Positions 1-15,219 of a stretch of DNA of 64,000 nucleotides are shown here, piece by piece. A model generated the notes under the pieces. It did not search any database. It had not been told where the DNA came from and worked only from the letters and a program-made list of their open reading frames with translations. Positions within the stretch are counted from its first letter, which is position 1; each line of letters opens with the position of its first letter. Source of the stretch: the human T2T-CHM13v2.0 reference genome, Homo sapiens; NCBI RefSeq assembly GCF_009914755.1, contig NC_060941.1; one strand, 5' to 3'. A program made the translations under genes and the position numbers.

Positions 1-33
1 TGGGATTACAGGTGTGAGCCACCGTGCCCAGCC
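1..33 (-). mobile_element. Alu 5' end, cut by window edge
   Basis: tgggattacaggtgtgagccaccgtgcccagcc is the reverse complement of the Alu left-arm start. Confidence 0.9.
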
Positions 34-304
34 TCAGACTCAATATTATTATAGGCAGCCTAGGTTGGAAGTGAAGGCCAAGATTTTATTATTAAAATCA
101 GATGGCTTTTGGTGAGGATGAGTCCAGATGGATCAAATGAAAAGATTAAGACCAACTGTCTTTTGGCTTCCATGTGTTGCTGACACTGAACTATGGGGCC
201 AAACTAGTCATTCAAGTTTTTCCTGGTCCTATAGGTGTAATATTAGGATATTTGCTTTACATGATCAGTCAGTGCCATGATCCAGATGTTCTGGGAAAGA
301 AAAT

Positions 305-375
305 CTTAGTACAAGTAAATATGGTTGTACTTAGTACAAGTAAATATAGTTGTACTTAGTACAAGTAAATATAGT
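305..375. repeat. 25-bp tandem repeat, ~2.8 copies
   Basis: cttagtacaagtaaatat(g/a)gttgta starts at 305, 330 and 355. Confidence 0.9.
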
Positions 376-556
376 ACAAGGCACAGTTCTCTGATTTCTC
401 CTATAAATGGAGGGACTAGATCCATTTGACTTGTATCCATATTAATCCAGTTTAGAGAAAAATTGCTAGACCTGAGTGTTCCTGTTTGAGTGGATCACCA
501 GTTATACCAGGAAGCACACATTTATCTCTAGCTTGCTGCTTTTGTTTTTCTCAAAC

Positions 557-1100
557 TTTTTTTTAATTTTATTTTTATTTTAAGTTCCAGGGTACATGTG
601 AAGGGTGTGCAGGTTTGTTACACAGGTAAACTGTGTGCCATGGTGATTTGCTGCACCTATCAACCTTCCACCTAGATATTAAGCCCAGCATGCATTAGCT
701 ATTTTTCCTAATGTTCTTCCTCCCCCCACCCCCTACTTCCCAGCTTAGTGTGTGTTGTTCCCCTCCCTGTGTCCTTGTGTTCTCATTGTTCAGCTCCCAC
801 TTATGAGTAAGAACACGCGGTGTTTGGTTTTCTGTTCCTGTGTTAGTTTGCTGAGGATAATGACTTCCAGCTCCATCCATGTCCCTGCAAAGGACATGAT
901 TTCATTCCTTGTTATGGCTGCATGATATTTTGTGGTGTATATGTGCCACATTTTCTTTATCCATTCTATCATTGATGGGCATTTGGGTTGATTCCATGTC
1001 ATTGCTATTGTGAATAGTGCTGCAGTGAACATATGCGTGCATATATTTTTGTAAAAGAATGATTTATATTCCTTTGGTTGTATATCCAGTAATGGGATTC
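557..1100 (-). mobile_element. 5'-truncated L1PA 3' end (ORF2 C-terminus plus 3'UTR)
   Basis: poly-T followed by reverse-complement L1 3'UTR; ORF 790..1032 gives WNQPKCPSMIEWIKKMWHIYT, the L1 ORF2 C-terminus. Confidence 0.9.
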
Positions 1101-1689
1101 TAGTTTGCTTCTTAAACAGACTGATGCTGCTGAATCAGAAGTAGATTTTTAAAAAGCCCTTGGTGTTTCACGTCAGATTTAAATCATTTCAAGAGTTAGA
1201 ATCCAAAGGAGAGGGCTCACTCTACTTCTGTGTACGTTACTCAAATGACTTCCCAGGGACCATGAACTCTATTATGCTGACTTTGGAGTCCTTCTCCCCT
1301 AAACTGTATCAAGACTGTCATAATCCTTCATCATTCTTAAGTGACAGGCCTTCCTTGACATTACAAATTTTAAGTTCCTATAAGGGTGCAGGTATGTGGA
1401 GAGGGAGGGCATGAACAAACATGATTCTCAGACATCACATGTGAAGGTTATTTTATCCACTTCTCCACAGCCATTCTTGATTTTTATATAATTAGATTTT
1501 GAAGTATTTTTCTTTTGATTTGGATAATTCCATCTTTTCCCCTCCTCATGTTGACTGATACTAATTTGCCCCATCAGAATGATTCCCTGTTTACTCAAGA
1601 TTTTGTAGGAAACTGAATTAAAGTAGAAAATGGAGAAAGGAAATTGGGTTAATAACAAAAGCATTTTGGGGTTGTTTCTTGATGTTTTG

Positions 1690-2070
1690 GTTATGTACTT
1701 AAACACAGCAAACCCAAAAACTTAGTAGCTTAAAACAACAGTTTATTACTGACAATCTTGAGGGTTGACTGGGCTCAGCTGAGTGGTTTTGTTTGGTGTT
1801 TCTCATGCATGTGTTGTCAGATGGTGGCTGGGGTGAGAGTCTTGGAGGGCTTTGTCCATCACATGTCTGGTGTCTGGACCAGGGGAGCTGGAATATCCAG
1901 GGGCCAGTGGAGCATCTCTTGCTTCATGTGGCCTCTCTATGTGGCTAGATTGGGTTGCTCATAGCCTGGGCATCTCATAGTAGTTGGAATTCTTTCATGG
2001 AAGTTGTACTTCCCCAGCTTTAGTGATACAGAAGGCCCACACAGAAGCTCCAAGTTAATCACACAGTGTA
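1690..2070 (-). mobile_element. old MaLR LTR (MLT1J/K-like)
   Basis: aaaacttagtagcttaaaacaaca...ctgggctcagctgagtggtt...catgtctgg pattern typical of MLT1. Confidence 0.6.
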
Positions 2071-2578
2071 ATTTCCACTGTGAATAGTTGGAGGTTATGC
2101 TTCATGGTGAGGATGTCTGAAAACTAATTACCATGCTTGGTTAGTCTAATACAGTTAGAATATGCCAGTAAACTTTAAAATCTGATCTTATTCCTACTTT
2201 CCAAAATTGGTGGCCAAGAGGCAGTGGAAACGATGTATTAAAATCAATGATGAAAGTGGAAAAACAGTATTAAAATTAATATTAAAATTTGTTTCCATTT
2301 ATTTATTATCTACAGTTTTGTCAAAGACAGCACTTTGATCAAAATAATCTTATCCTACAGAGGGTAAATTGGCCATCTCTGCCTGAAAGACTTAAGCCAT
2401 AGTTGGAATTAAAATGACACAGAAGAGAATTAAACATTGACACAAATGACTCACAAATCTCCTATCTATACTTCCCCACCACCCCAGACGGTCATGGTTC
2501 ATAAATACTTGCTGAGTAGGTGTTTTTCCTCCAAATGAAGATAGCTTTGTTTTGTATTTTTGAAATAATACATTCTGA

Positions 2579-2968
<390 letters not shown>

Positions 2969-2984
2969 TAAAAATATATTACTC

Positions 2985-3320
2985 CATAAAATAATGTCTT
3001 TTACAACAACTTGGATGGAGCTGGAGGCCGTTATTCCAAGTGAATTAACTCAGGAATGGAAAACCAAATATTGTATATTCCCACTTATAAGTGGGAGCTA
3101 AACTATGAGAATACAAAGGCATAATAATGATATAATGGACTTTGGGGACTTGGAGGGGAAGTGTGGGAGGGGCTTGAGGGATAAAAGACTACATCTTGGG
3201 TATAGTGTACACTGCTTGGGTGACAGATGCATCAAAATCCCAGAAATCACCACTAAAGAATGTATCCTTGTAACCAAAACCCATCTGCACCCCCAAAATA
3301 TTGAAGTAAAAATTAAAATT
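2985..3320 (+). mobile_element. L1PB/L1MA-type 3' end
   Basis: tggatggagctggaggcc...cacttataagtgggagctaaac...A-rich tail. Confidence 0.8.
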
Positions 3321-4149
3321 ATATATATATAGTTCTGTATATGTTTCCCTAAAACACAAACACACATACACATTTTAACTACTCCTCCATGGTGAAAGTT
3401 TTGATTATTTCCTTTTGATTGTTCTGAAAAATATTCTTACATCTTTATACACCAGTCTAATTGTTTTGGAGAGGTTTTAAAGAGCTGAAGGACCTCAACC
3501 ACTTTCCCCAGGGCTGAACACCAGCAATATTTTGCTTGTCTCAACGCAGCTCTTTCCTTCCATTTTTGTGGTGCCTATGCCTACCCACTTCCAGGTCCAG
3601 CTTTAACATAGAGAAAAGATTTGCCTGGCAATAAACCAAAATCAGGAATTTGCAGTGCTAGAATTTGCCCACATAATCATGTCCTCCTGGTCCTAAAGGT
3701 GTATTCCTTGAGTACAATAGAGTATAAGCAATGTCTTTCAGAAATGCCCACATAGGAACAAATGTTCCGCAAGAAACACTTGAAAGAAAAGTACAGGGCA
3801 TAGGAACAGAGAAATGGAATCTGCCACCGAGAAGCAAAAGGTTGCCCGAGAAGCAAAAGGTTGCCTTTTTTAAACTAGCAGTTTTTGTTTAATGAGTACA
3901 TCAAGCCAGTAAGAAGCAAGCAGAGAATTTCCAGTTTGACTGGTTCACACTCTACCCGCTTAAAGCCACGTAAGTCTACATGAAGCTAGAGCTAGAACTC
4001 TGCAAAAACAAACAAAAACCACCACCACCAACAAAAAACCAACGAAAAAAACAACAACCTAAAAAAGTCCAAACCCAGTCATCACTTACTCAATGGTCAT
4101 TAGCCCTAGAAACCCTTTCCAGATATGGCACAGCTATTCTAGTTTATTA

Positions 4150-4850
4150 AAAAATAAATTTTATTGTGTATATTTAAAGTATACAACATGATGTTATAAG
4201 ATACATGTAGTTTGTTTTTTTATTTTTATTTTATTATACTTTAAGTTCTAGGGTACATTTGCACAACGTGCAGGTTTGTCACATATGTATACATGTGCCA
4301 TGTTGGTGTGCTGCACCCATTAACTCGTCATTTACATTAGGTATGTCTCCTAATGCCATCCCTCCCCCGTCCCCCCACCCCACGACAGGCCCCGGTGTGT
4401 GATGTTCCCCTTCCTGTGTCCAAGTGTTCTCATTGTTCAATTCCCACCTATGAGTGAGAACATGTGGTGTTTGGTTTTTTGTCCTTGCGATAGTTTGCTG
4501 AGAATGATGGTTTCCAGCTTCATCCATGTCCCTATAAAGGACATGAACTCATCCTTTTTTATGGCTGCATAGTATTCCATGGTGTATATGTGCCACATTT
4601 TCTTAATCCAGTCTATCATTGATGGACATTTGGGTTGGTTCCAAGTCTTTGCTCTTGTGAATAGTGTCGCAATAAACATACGTGTGCAAGGATACATGTA
4701 GTTTAAAAAGGTTACTATGGTGAAGCAAATTAACATGCACATCATGTCACATAATGACCCAATTTTTTTTTTTGGTTTTGTGTAAAGAGCAGCTAAAATC
4801 TGCACATTGGGCGTGAATCATATTTTGTTACCTATAGTCCTCATGTTGTT
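4150..4850 (-). mobile_element. L1MA 3' end, interrupted by a younger L1PA
   Basis: ttttattgtgtatatttaaagtatacaacatgatg...ggtgaagcaaattaacat; sequence is continuous across the insert. Confidence 0.7.
4214..4690 (-). mobile_element. 5'-truncated L1PA(4-6) 3' end
   Basis: L1 3'UTR and ORF2 tail; 14-bp TSD gatacatgtagttt at 4200-4213 and 4691-4704. Confidence 0.95.
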
Positions 4851-4894
4851 TGAGAAGCTCTACACGGTCCTGAAACTTGCCTTCTCCATCCTTG

Positions 4895-5020
4895 TACATC
4901 AACGCTGCAGCATCATTGCAATCACCTGGGAGCTCATTAACAATACAGAGAAGAATCTGGAGTTCAACACCATCCCCAGGTGATTCGTATTCAAATGATA
5001 GCTTAAGAAGTGCTGGTCTA
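4895..5020. mobile_element. MER5A-like hAT relic
   Basis: atcacctgggagct...ccccaggtgattc...agcttaagaagtgctg. Confidence 0.55.
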
Positions 5021-5224
5021 TTCGTCTCATCCAGCTGTGAATGTTTGATTGTCAGACCTCAGTTGTTACTGCAATACTTTTGATATTTACCCTGTGTTAC
5101 AGACAAAAGGTGCTTCTGGTGGTGTTAGATGTATAAAGTACAGTATCTATATTCGATGGAAGGATTTTTGTGTTAAAGTGTATTTAAGTGTATTTGCACT
5201 CTAATGTTGGGTTAAATGCCACAT

Positions 5225-5524
5225 TTTTCTTTTTTCTTTTCTTTTTGTTGAGATGGAGTGTCACTCTGTTGCCCAGGCTGGAGTGCAGTGGCACAGTCTC
5301 CGCTCACTGCAGCCTCTGCTGCTTCCCGGGTTCAAGTGATTCTCGTGTCTCAGCCTCCTGAGTAGCTGGGAACACAGGTGTGTGCCACCATGCCTGGCTA
5401 ATTTTTCTATTTTTAGTAGAGATGAGGTTTCACCATGTGGGCCTCAACTCCTGACCGCAGGTGATCCACCCACCTCAGCCTTCCAAAGTGATGGGATCAC
5501 AGGTGTGAGCCACCGCACCCGGCC
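5225..5524 (-). mobile_element. AluS
   Basis: dimeric Alu reverse complement with T-rich tail. Confidence 0.93.
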
Positions 5525-6625
5525 TCTTTTTTTTTTTCTTTTAAATTGTAGAGTTATTGAAAAGAAGTAATGGGAAGGAGAAAAGGTGACCCTTATCCTT
5601 GCATACATTTATATCAGTTGTAGATAAAATTATTTTATAGATTCAAATTTAATGCTGTTTTAGGGATGCAAAACATTGTGTAGGCTTCATAGCGAAGGAA
5701 GTCTAGGAGATAGTGACCTCAAAGCTTAGAGATGATCTAAAAGAATGCTGCTTTTGCTCTTTCCAAATTCAGGAAATTTCTGGTATTGTCTGAGACTTAA
5801 TGTGCCCCACCTTGGGTCCTTGGAGTTCCTTGCACTGACAGTCTGGTCAAAAACTTCCTTGGCAAGTGGTGGCTCTCTGTCCTCCAAGGAGAGACAAGAG
5901 GCAGACTTGGAACATAATGCTATTTGCCTAAAAGTAATCAGCTCAGCTCAGAGCATTTTCCTATGATCCAGAATGACCCTGCAGACTGGAAGGCGAAGAG
6001 TTGTTCTTAGACAAGAACTTGCTAAACCACTTGACCTTTCAACAGCTGCAGAACTGTTTATCAGGAGCATGCCATCTCTCTTGGCTCTTGCAATTTGGCA
6101 GCCAGAAAAGTCAAGCCAGTGACATCGTGTGCTTTAGAAAACTTCTGGACAATTCACAACTTCCACCATAAAGTGGCTAAATTAGTCTTGCTAGTCAGAT
6201 AGTGATCTTTGGATGGGTCATCCTTTCCTTGAGCTGGTTGGCTTTTGGGACTCCTTCACTGGAATCAAATGAGTCACTGCTGGAGATAAACATAAATATC
6301 TATTTGCCAGAGCCTCCAATTCCCTAAATCGTAGCTGATAGAGAAGGATAGATTAGCTCTGTTTCCAGACACAAGCCTAGGGCAAGTGGCAACTCTGTTT
6401 GCCAATAACAAAGAACATGAATTCTCTTCATTTATCTAAGTAATTTCTCAAGAATCAAAGGAGCCAGTGAGCTTTAATTTAGTTTCTCTGACAGTTGTAT
6501 TTGTGTGCAGAAACATCCATGATTCATGACATACTTTTGCATAATATGAGTTGAAATATGACTTGATAATGCTAATAAAATGGGTGAATAATAATTTCAA
6601 AACAATGACACTGGTTGAAAACTCA

Positions 6626-6969
<344 letters not shown>

Positions 6970-6999
6970 GTAAAAGGGAATAGGTCTCCAGTCTAGAGC

Positions 7000-7190
7000 T
7001 ACAGCCAAGTATGGTGTTTAAAATCTTGGACACATGTCTTAAGCTCTCTGTGCCCCCAATTTATTCCTCCTTAAAATGGAGATACTCATAAGAACTACTT
7101 TAGAATTCTTATAAGAATTAAATAAAATATCATCTGTAAGTGTAAGCACTTAGTGTCGGCCACATCATTGTCACTCAATACATTTTTCTT
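7000..7190 (+). mobile_element. MIR
   Basis: ctctctgtgcccc...taaaatggagata...aattaaataa MIR core. Confidence 0.6.
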
Positions 7191-7571
7191 AGTATTATCC
7201 TCTAATCAAACCCCTTTTGCAACAAATGTGATTAAACAAATATGTATGTAAAGGAAAGATAACCCAGCAATTTTAAGTATGAAGGTATTTTAGACCCTCA
7301 AGCCCAATAATACTTGGCTTTTGTTGGCTGAACGTGTCAGAGCTTACATTTGAGCCACATCTCAATGTTTCGAAAAAATGTTCGTATTTTTCAGTTTGTA
7401 TATTACACTAAAAACTTTGTTCACCCTCTCATGTAAGTGATAGGGCTAATTTGTTTTTCCTATTGCGAATCCTGTATTATGAGATTAAAACAGTGACAAC
7501 CACTTTTGAAATAGCAAATGCAATGTATATTGAAAAACATTTTCAGGGTATTCATTAAGATTAAGATATAA

Positions 7572-8009
<438 letters not shown>

Positions 8010-8114
8010 TCAAATATTTTTAAATAAACTTTTTTTTTCCTATTTATCAAATACTTGAGAAAGGATTTCATGTGGATTTGAGGCTTAAAAGACATATATA
8101 CTTTGCTATTCTAC

Positions 8115-9001
<887 letters not shown>

Positions 9002-9335
9002 GAGGATAAATTTCTTAAACGTTCTAAGCCTCAGTTTTCAACCTAAAATAAGAGAAAGGATTAAGAACTGTATGGAAGAGAGGGGAGTGGAAATTGTAAG
9101 AAGTAAAGAATCTGGCACCGTGCCTGTCACAGGCAGGCAAACCTCCCTTTGCAGGTGATGATCTTAGTTATCATGGAACCATGGAACACCGTTCCCTTGT
9201 GTGTGCGTTTCAGTTATGCACATTTCTGCACGTGTTGCAACATGCAGAACAACAAAATCTATAAAAAGTTTTTAATATATGGCAGTTTTATAATTTCAAT
9301 ATATTAAAAATGTCAATAAGAAAATATAACATTTT

Positions 9336-9650
<315 letters not shown>

Positions 9651-9689
9651 TTAAAAGGAAACATCTGAAACAACAATAAAATTAATGAC

Positions 9690-9810
9690 TGAGCATTGTT
9701 TCATTTAATCCTTAAAAAATTGTCAACAAGGCAAGAACCGTTACTGACACCCTTTCTACAACTGGAGAAAAGGAGACCCGGAGGTTCAATAACCAAGTTT
9801 ACCCAGCTAG
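9690..9810 (-). mobile_element. MIR fragment
   Basis: tcatttaatcct...ggagaaaaggagacccggaggtt. Confidence 0.5.
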
Positions 9811-10409
9811 TCAACAGACGAGCCAGACAGATAGAGAGGGGCTAACCTCTCTATCTTGTCTCTTTGGATTTGTGTTAAAACAAAGACAAGGTTTTCTCAC
9901 TTTCTTGACCCTGAGACTACGTTTTAGGGCTTTCCGTTTTGCAGGAGAAGCAATGTTTTATATGGGCCAATGTGGGGAGATGGATAAGCTGGGACTTTGG
10001 TACTCTGGATGATCCAGAAAGGCAGAGCAAATCATTGAGGATCAAACTCCAGAGCAAATCATTGAGGACCAAATCCCATAAGGGGTCAGGACCAGCTCAG
10101 CCAGTTCAACTGCAGAGGCGTTGCAAAGGGTAGAATTAGGAGACTCAGTTGGATGGGCAGGTAGTATTCCAGTGGACATCGGGGAAGATCACCAGGACGT
10201 CAGCAATTGGGCAGGCTTTAGGGTGAGCTCTTGTTTTGTTAGAGTAGGGCCAGGCAGAATAGAGACTTGGATTTTGATCAGGACTGAGACAGAGTGTGCA
10301 AATAGAAACTTAGACCAGGGAACCAACGTAAGAGAGACAGAGAAGAGTAAGTAGGAGACCTGAACTTTTCCCTCTATACTTGATCTCATATAAAAATGGC
10401 GGTGAAGGA

Positions 10410-10480
10410 ATCTACCCATGTAACAAACTTGTACATGCATCATGTGACTCTAAAATGAAAGTTGAAGTTACTTTAAAAAA
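10410..10480 (+). mobile_element. L1P extreme 3' tail fragment
   Basis: tacccatgtaacaaacttgtacatg...ctaaaatgaaagttgaa...aaaaaa. Confidence 0.6.
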
Positions 10481-12659
10481 TTGCAGTGGAGGAGATCATG
10501 GGACATCGGGCCAGACAGAGGCAACCCAGCGGCCCGGCAGTCAAGATAGTAGGGCCGCCAGGTCTGAGAGCAGGGCTACAGGCCAACTCCCCAGCATGTA
10601 GGGGTGGAGAGGGGCCAGTCACAGCCACGACTGGCAGGCTGAGACTGAGACCTAAGGTGAAAGGGACTGGCGGAGCCAACTAAGGAAAGGTAGGGGATTG
10701 AGGGGCTAGGAGCCAGAACCTATAAACTTGAGCTTGTAGCAGTGGCAACAAATTCTATTTCCCAGCTGGAGGGAATGGATGATCCCATACTGACTCCATG
10801 CAAAGTGTAGGACAAGAGGATTGGGAAAAAGAGATCTCTGGCCATGTGTTCCTCCCTTTTGGGAACTCCTTAAGAAATGTGAAAGGTGAGGGCTGTCACC
10901 TGGCACGATGTCTTTTTCCCTTTGAAACTTGGGGGTTGTTGTAGGCAGCACTGTCCATGCCATTCAGGTAGAGTGCAAAAAATCAGGTTCACTTGTTGAA
11001 ACCAGTAGCTATAGAGCATGTGAACTACTTTTATGCCTCAATTCAAAGGAGCAAAAGAAAGGAATTCATTCTCTAAGAGCCATGTCAAAGACGGATTCCA
11101 CCATTATTTGGAAATGCAATCATGCCTCTGGACTGAAAAAATACCCAGTTAGGTTTAGCTCCTTTAAATAGTTACAGTGATTCATGAGATGGCAACATTT
11201 TCTAACATCAGATTGGAAGACCTGTGAAGGCAATTCTGTCCTGATGAAGACAGGAAAACAGCGTCTGTGTTCTGGATAGTCTGGTGTTAGTGAATGAATG
11301 TTTTGTGGTCAGAGTAAGTTATGGAAAATGTAAGTGTAATAACTTTTGCATGTGAATAGAGAACTCATTCAGAGCTAAATTATACCAAACATTTACTAGG
11401 TGTGTGTGAGGTGGCAGGCAGGGGGAGGTGGGACAAACCTCCACTGAAATTCTACATGTGCTCTCTTGTTAATCTGTAAAAGACTTTCGAGCATTCTCTT
11501 ATGGAAACTTCAGAAGCAGATGGAAATATTTTAAGATTTATAATACACATGGGCCTGTAACATGAATTTTCATTTTCCTTACAGAAGTGAACCCAGTGGA
11601 GTGCTGCATTATCCTTCATTAGTTAGCAAAAATCCAAAAGGGGAAATCATATTTTATACTATGGCTTCTAGAAGGTTTAGAAGCAACTGTCTCATTTGTG
11701 AACATGAGCAGCACAAAAGCTGTGCTTCAGTTCTTCCCATTGTATTTCCATGGTCATGATCTGCTTCATATCAGGTAGATGATAATTCTAACCTTCGCCA
11801 ACAATTCAGCTAATGCAGCAAATTTCTTCTCTTCACCCCCAAAGGAATTATGTCTTTTGAGGCAAGAAATTATCAAGCTCATAGGAAATGGAATAACCAT
11901 CTTTTTTCATCAGAAAACTGCATCTCTTTCAAATTGTAAAATTACCTTTGGTAACATATCCTGATTTTAATAATTTACTGAGGGTGTAGTGCATTCTTTA
12001 AATGATACATTTATGTTGGTGTACCATTAGTGTTGACAGTAATAATATCTATGTAATAAAATATATAGGCAGTATTCTCATGGACCTATGGCTAGGGAAA
12101 TCAGACTGTTTTGACATCAAAAAATCCTGAGTGAAATTTGAATATGGCATCCCAAGAATGACACTTTAGGTGCTCAGCTTTGTACATCCCCATCACCACA
12201 TAATAGGAACTGAAATTTTACTCTTTCCCTCAGCCTGGTGGACCTGTGTTCTTTCCATCAATGCAAGCGGCCTCACTGGTGCTGAATGGACAGCTCTGGA
12301 TAGCATTCAGATCAAGGTGGCCGTGGGTGTCTAGGACCCACGGATGGCTTCTAAGGAGCTGTGAGCCTCATAAAATTAAATGCAAAATTGCGTGTATATG
12401 ATTGTGTGCACATTTTCCCAAGAAGATCCATAGCAGTGAAACCTTGCAACCAATAAAATTAAAGGATAAAATCTATTGCTTTACTCCTATCAAAAGAAAT
12501 GCAATTTTCATAAAGGGTACCCTAATATTTATAAATTATAGTAATGTGCCCCATCTCCTATCCAGACCAGGTAACTAAATGATTGTAACCTGTTAATACC
12601 CAAACATCCGTGTCAACTTTTCCACAAAGTAAAACAAGGTCTCTGTATGCATTGACTAC

Positions 12660-13260
12660 ATATTAAATATACCTTACATTCCTTAAATGTTTTACAATTA
12701 TACCTTAATAAATTAACATATAATATATAGGTATATTACACTTGGTATATATAATATACTTCACATATACCTTATATAATAATTTATATTATGTGATACT
12801 ATATTATAATGTATTAAATATATAATATACTATTTAATAATCATAATCATATATATTATTTAACATAATATATTAACATATGCTTAATATTTAATATATT
12901 AGACTAGTTATATAAATAATATATGATATAACTATATTACATATAGAATATATTATTTATATACTTCATATATAATATATAACGACATAAATATATAGAT
13001 ATATATTAATATATACTTCATATATAATGTATTATATGTGAGCTATTATATATAATATATAACAATATATAATATAGTAATAAACTTCGGAGAAAAGAAA
13101 TATTCTACATTGTGGAAGTTTATATTATATATGATATATACTATATAAGATATATATTATATTATTATATAATATAATGCATATGAGGTATTATATAGAC
13201 TTCATATATGTTATATATGAAGTATGTTAATATATAACACCTTAATAATTATACTTTATA
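12660..13260. repeat. degenerate (TA)n / AT-rich low-complexity tract
   Basis: ~600 bp almost entirely A/T with recurring atacttcatat motifs. Confidence 0.9.
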
Positions 13261-14133
13261 ACATTTTGGCTAATCCAAAGGCAATTTATTTCAAAACTTA
13301 GAGTTTACTAACTTAAGTGGGAGTGGAGGAGAGTAAATTTTGACAGAAAATGGAACAGCAAAAAGTTCTTTTCAAATGTTTGATTATTGTTTCATAGTAT
13401 ATAATTGTAGTTCCTTACAATATTAGTTTATCTGTTTCATATTTCTTGGAAAAAACCCTTTAATGTTAAGGCTCCTATGTAGGAATTCTTTGATGAGCGC
13501 GGAAAAGCTGGAGTGAAGGGGTTGATAAATGTTTAAATTAACAAACTTGATTTTAAACTATCCAATAAATATTTCTCTTAAAAAGTTAGGCATATTTTGA
13601 TCAGTTTGGTTCCTGTTTTATTTTTTTCCTTTCTTGATCCGCTTCTCAGCTGTGGCTGCGATCTCTGGCATCTCCACAGCATTGATGAAAAAACCCTTTT
13701 AAAATGACTGTATCTTGTGTCTTGTGTGGTCTTCTCTCTTCTCTCTCAATTTAACGTATTAAAATTGTTTAACATCTTTCTAGGAAGCAGGTAACACAAT
13801 GGTAAGTTTACAATCTTCCTCCTGTCCCTTTGTATACAGGGGTCAATTTATGTTGGTAATATGGTGAATGATCAAGCTCCAATATTAAACTTTGGAGACA
13901 AGTAATATCCTACCTTGTGGAAGTTTGAATTAAAAGATCTCTTTCAAGTGCAGTTGAGAATTTAGCCATAACTCTATCATTCAGAGATAAATTAAAATTC
14001 AGTGTGCTAGTGTATGTGCATGTTTTACATCAAAGGCAATGGTACCAAGAATGCATACTTAACCTTCCGCCGTGAGGAGTTTGAATTGGAAAATTTTAAT
14101 CCAGGTTATAAATCACTTGAGAGACATTTAAAA

Positions 14134-14152
14134 TAGCCACAAGGGGGCAGCA
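14134..14152 (+). promoter_or_regulatory. candidate CTCF site
   Basis: TAGCCACAAGGGGGCAGCA closely matches the CTCF core CCACYAGRKGGCR; local CpG excess. Confidence 0.6.
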
Positions 14153-14350
14153 AAACACACAGGATTCCCTGAATCCACTGACGCAGGAACATTTCGCTGT
14201 GTCTTACGAAGGCAAACGAAAGAACGAATTAAAGTACCTGGCGTTTGAGCCGTCTTCAAACACTGGCATTTCTAGTACCAATACAGTGAAGCCGGCAGGG
14301 GAGACGCTATACTTCCTAACTGAATAATATATGAGACACCAACTTTCTAA

Positions 14351-14671
<321 letters not shown>

Positions 14672-14949
14672 CCTTTCTAAGTATTTCTTATGAAGGGCTA
14701 CTGTGATTTGCACCCAGGGAGGGCGAAAACCTGTCAGTGGCTCATGATACTTACCAGTGGAGCAGATTGTAAATTCCTCTTCCTCCTTCTCCTATAAAGA
14801 TTTCTCTGTATTCCAGGGGCAAATAACAATAGGTAAAGTATCAGTTAGATTTAACTTTTAAAAATAAGAAACAGACCCTCTTGCAGAAGCAGTAAATACT
14901 TATGAATCACTTATCAATTATCAGGCACTGTTCCACAGGGAAGAGTCCA

Positions 14950-15140
14950 GGGTACTGGTCGAACCTGGATTTTATTGTCAGGCTTTCTTGGTGTGAAACT
15001 GTACAAGCTCGGGCAGCTTTCTTCGCCTTTAGATGTCTTAGTTTCTTCACTTGTAAGATGAGGCTAATTCTATAGGTTGCTTTAAAGATTAAGTAAAATA
15101 ATATATGCCAGCTCAGTGGCTGACATATGATAAGAATTGA
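14950..15140 (+). mobile_element. MIR
   Basis: ttagtttcttcacttgtaagatgagg...aagattaagtaaaataatatatg. Confidence 0.55.
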
Positions 15141-15219
15141 ATTAACAGTTATAAAATTACTATCATACATGAGTGGCATGTGGTATTACTCAGTATTGTT
15201 TCTTGGTAACTAAATGATT

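Noticed and set aside
305-380. Palindromic repeat resembling a CRISPR repeat
   Set aside because: No unique spacers, no cas genes, primate DNA
11560-11990. Strong acceptor at 11583 in repeat-free DNA
   Set aside because: No convincing matching donor or open frame; conservation cannot be judged without alignments
12330-12440. Possible hAT/MER relic
   Set aside because: Too degraded to name or bound with confidence
14745-14800. Minus-strand consensus donor (CTG|GTAAGT) with a possible 37-nt exon
   Set aside because: The acceptor lacks a polypyrimidine tract; such motifs are expected by chance in 64 kb
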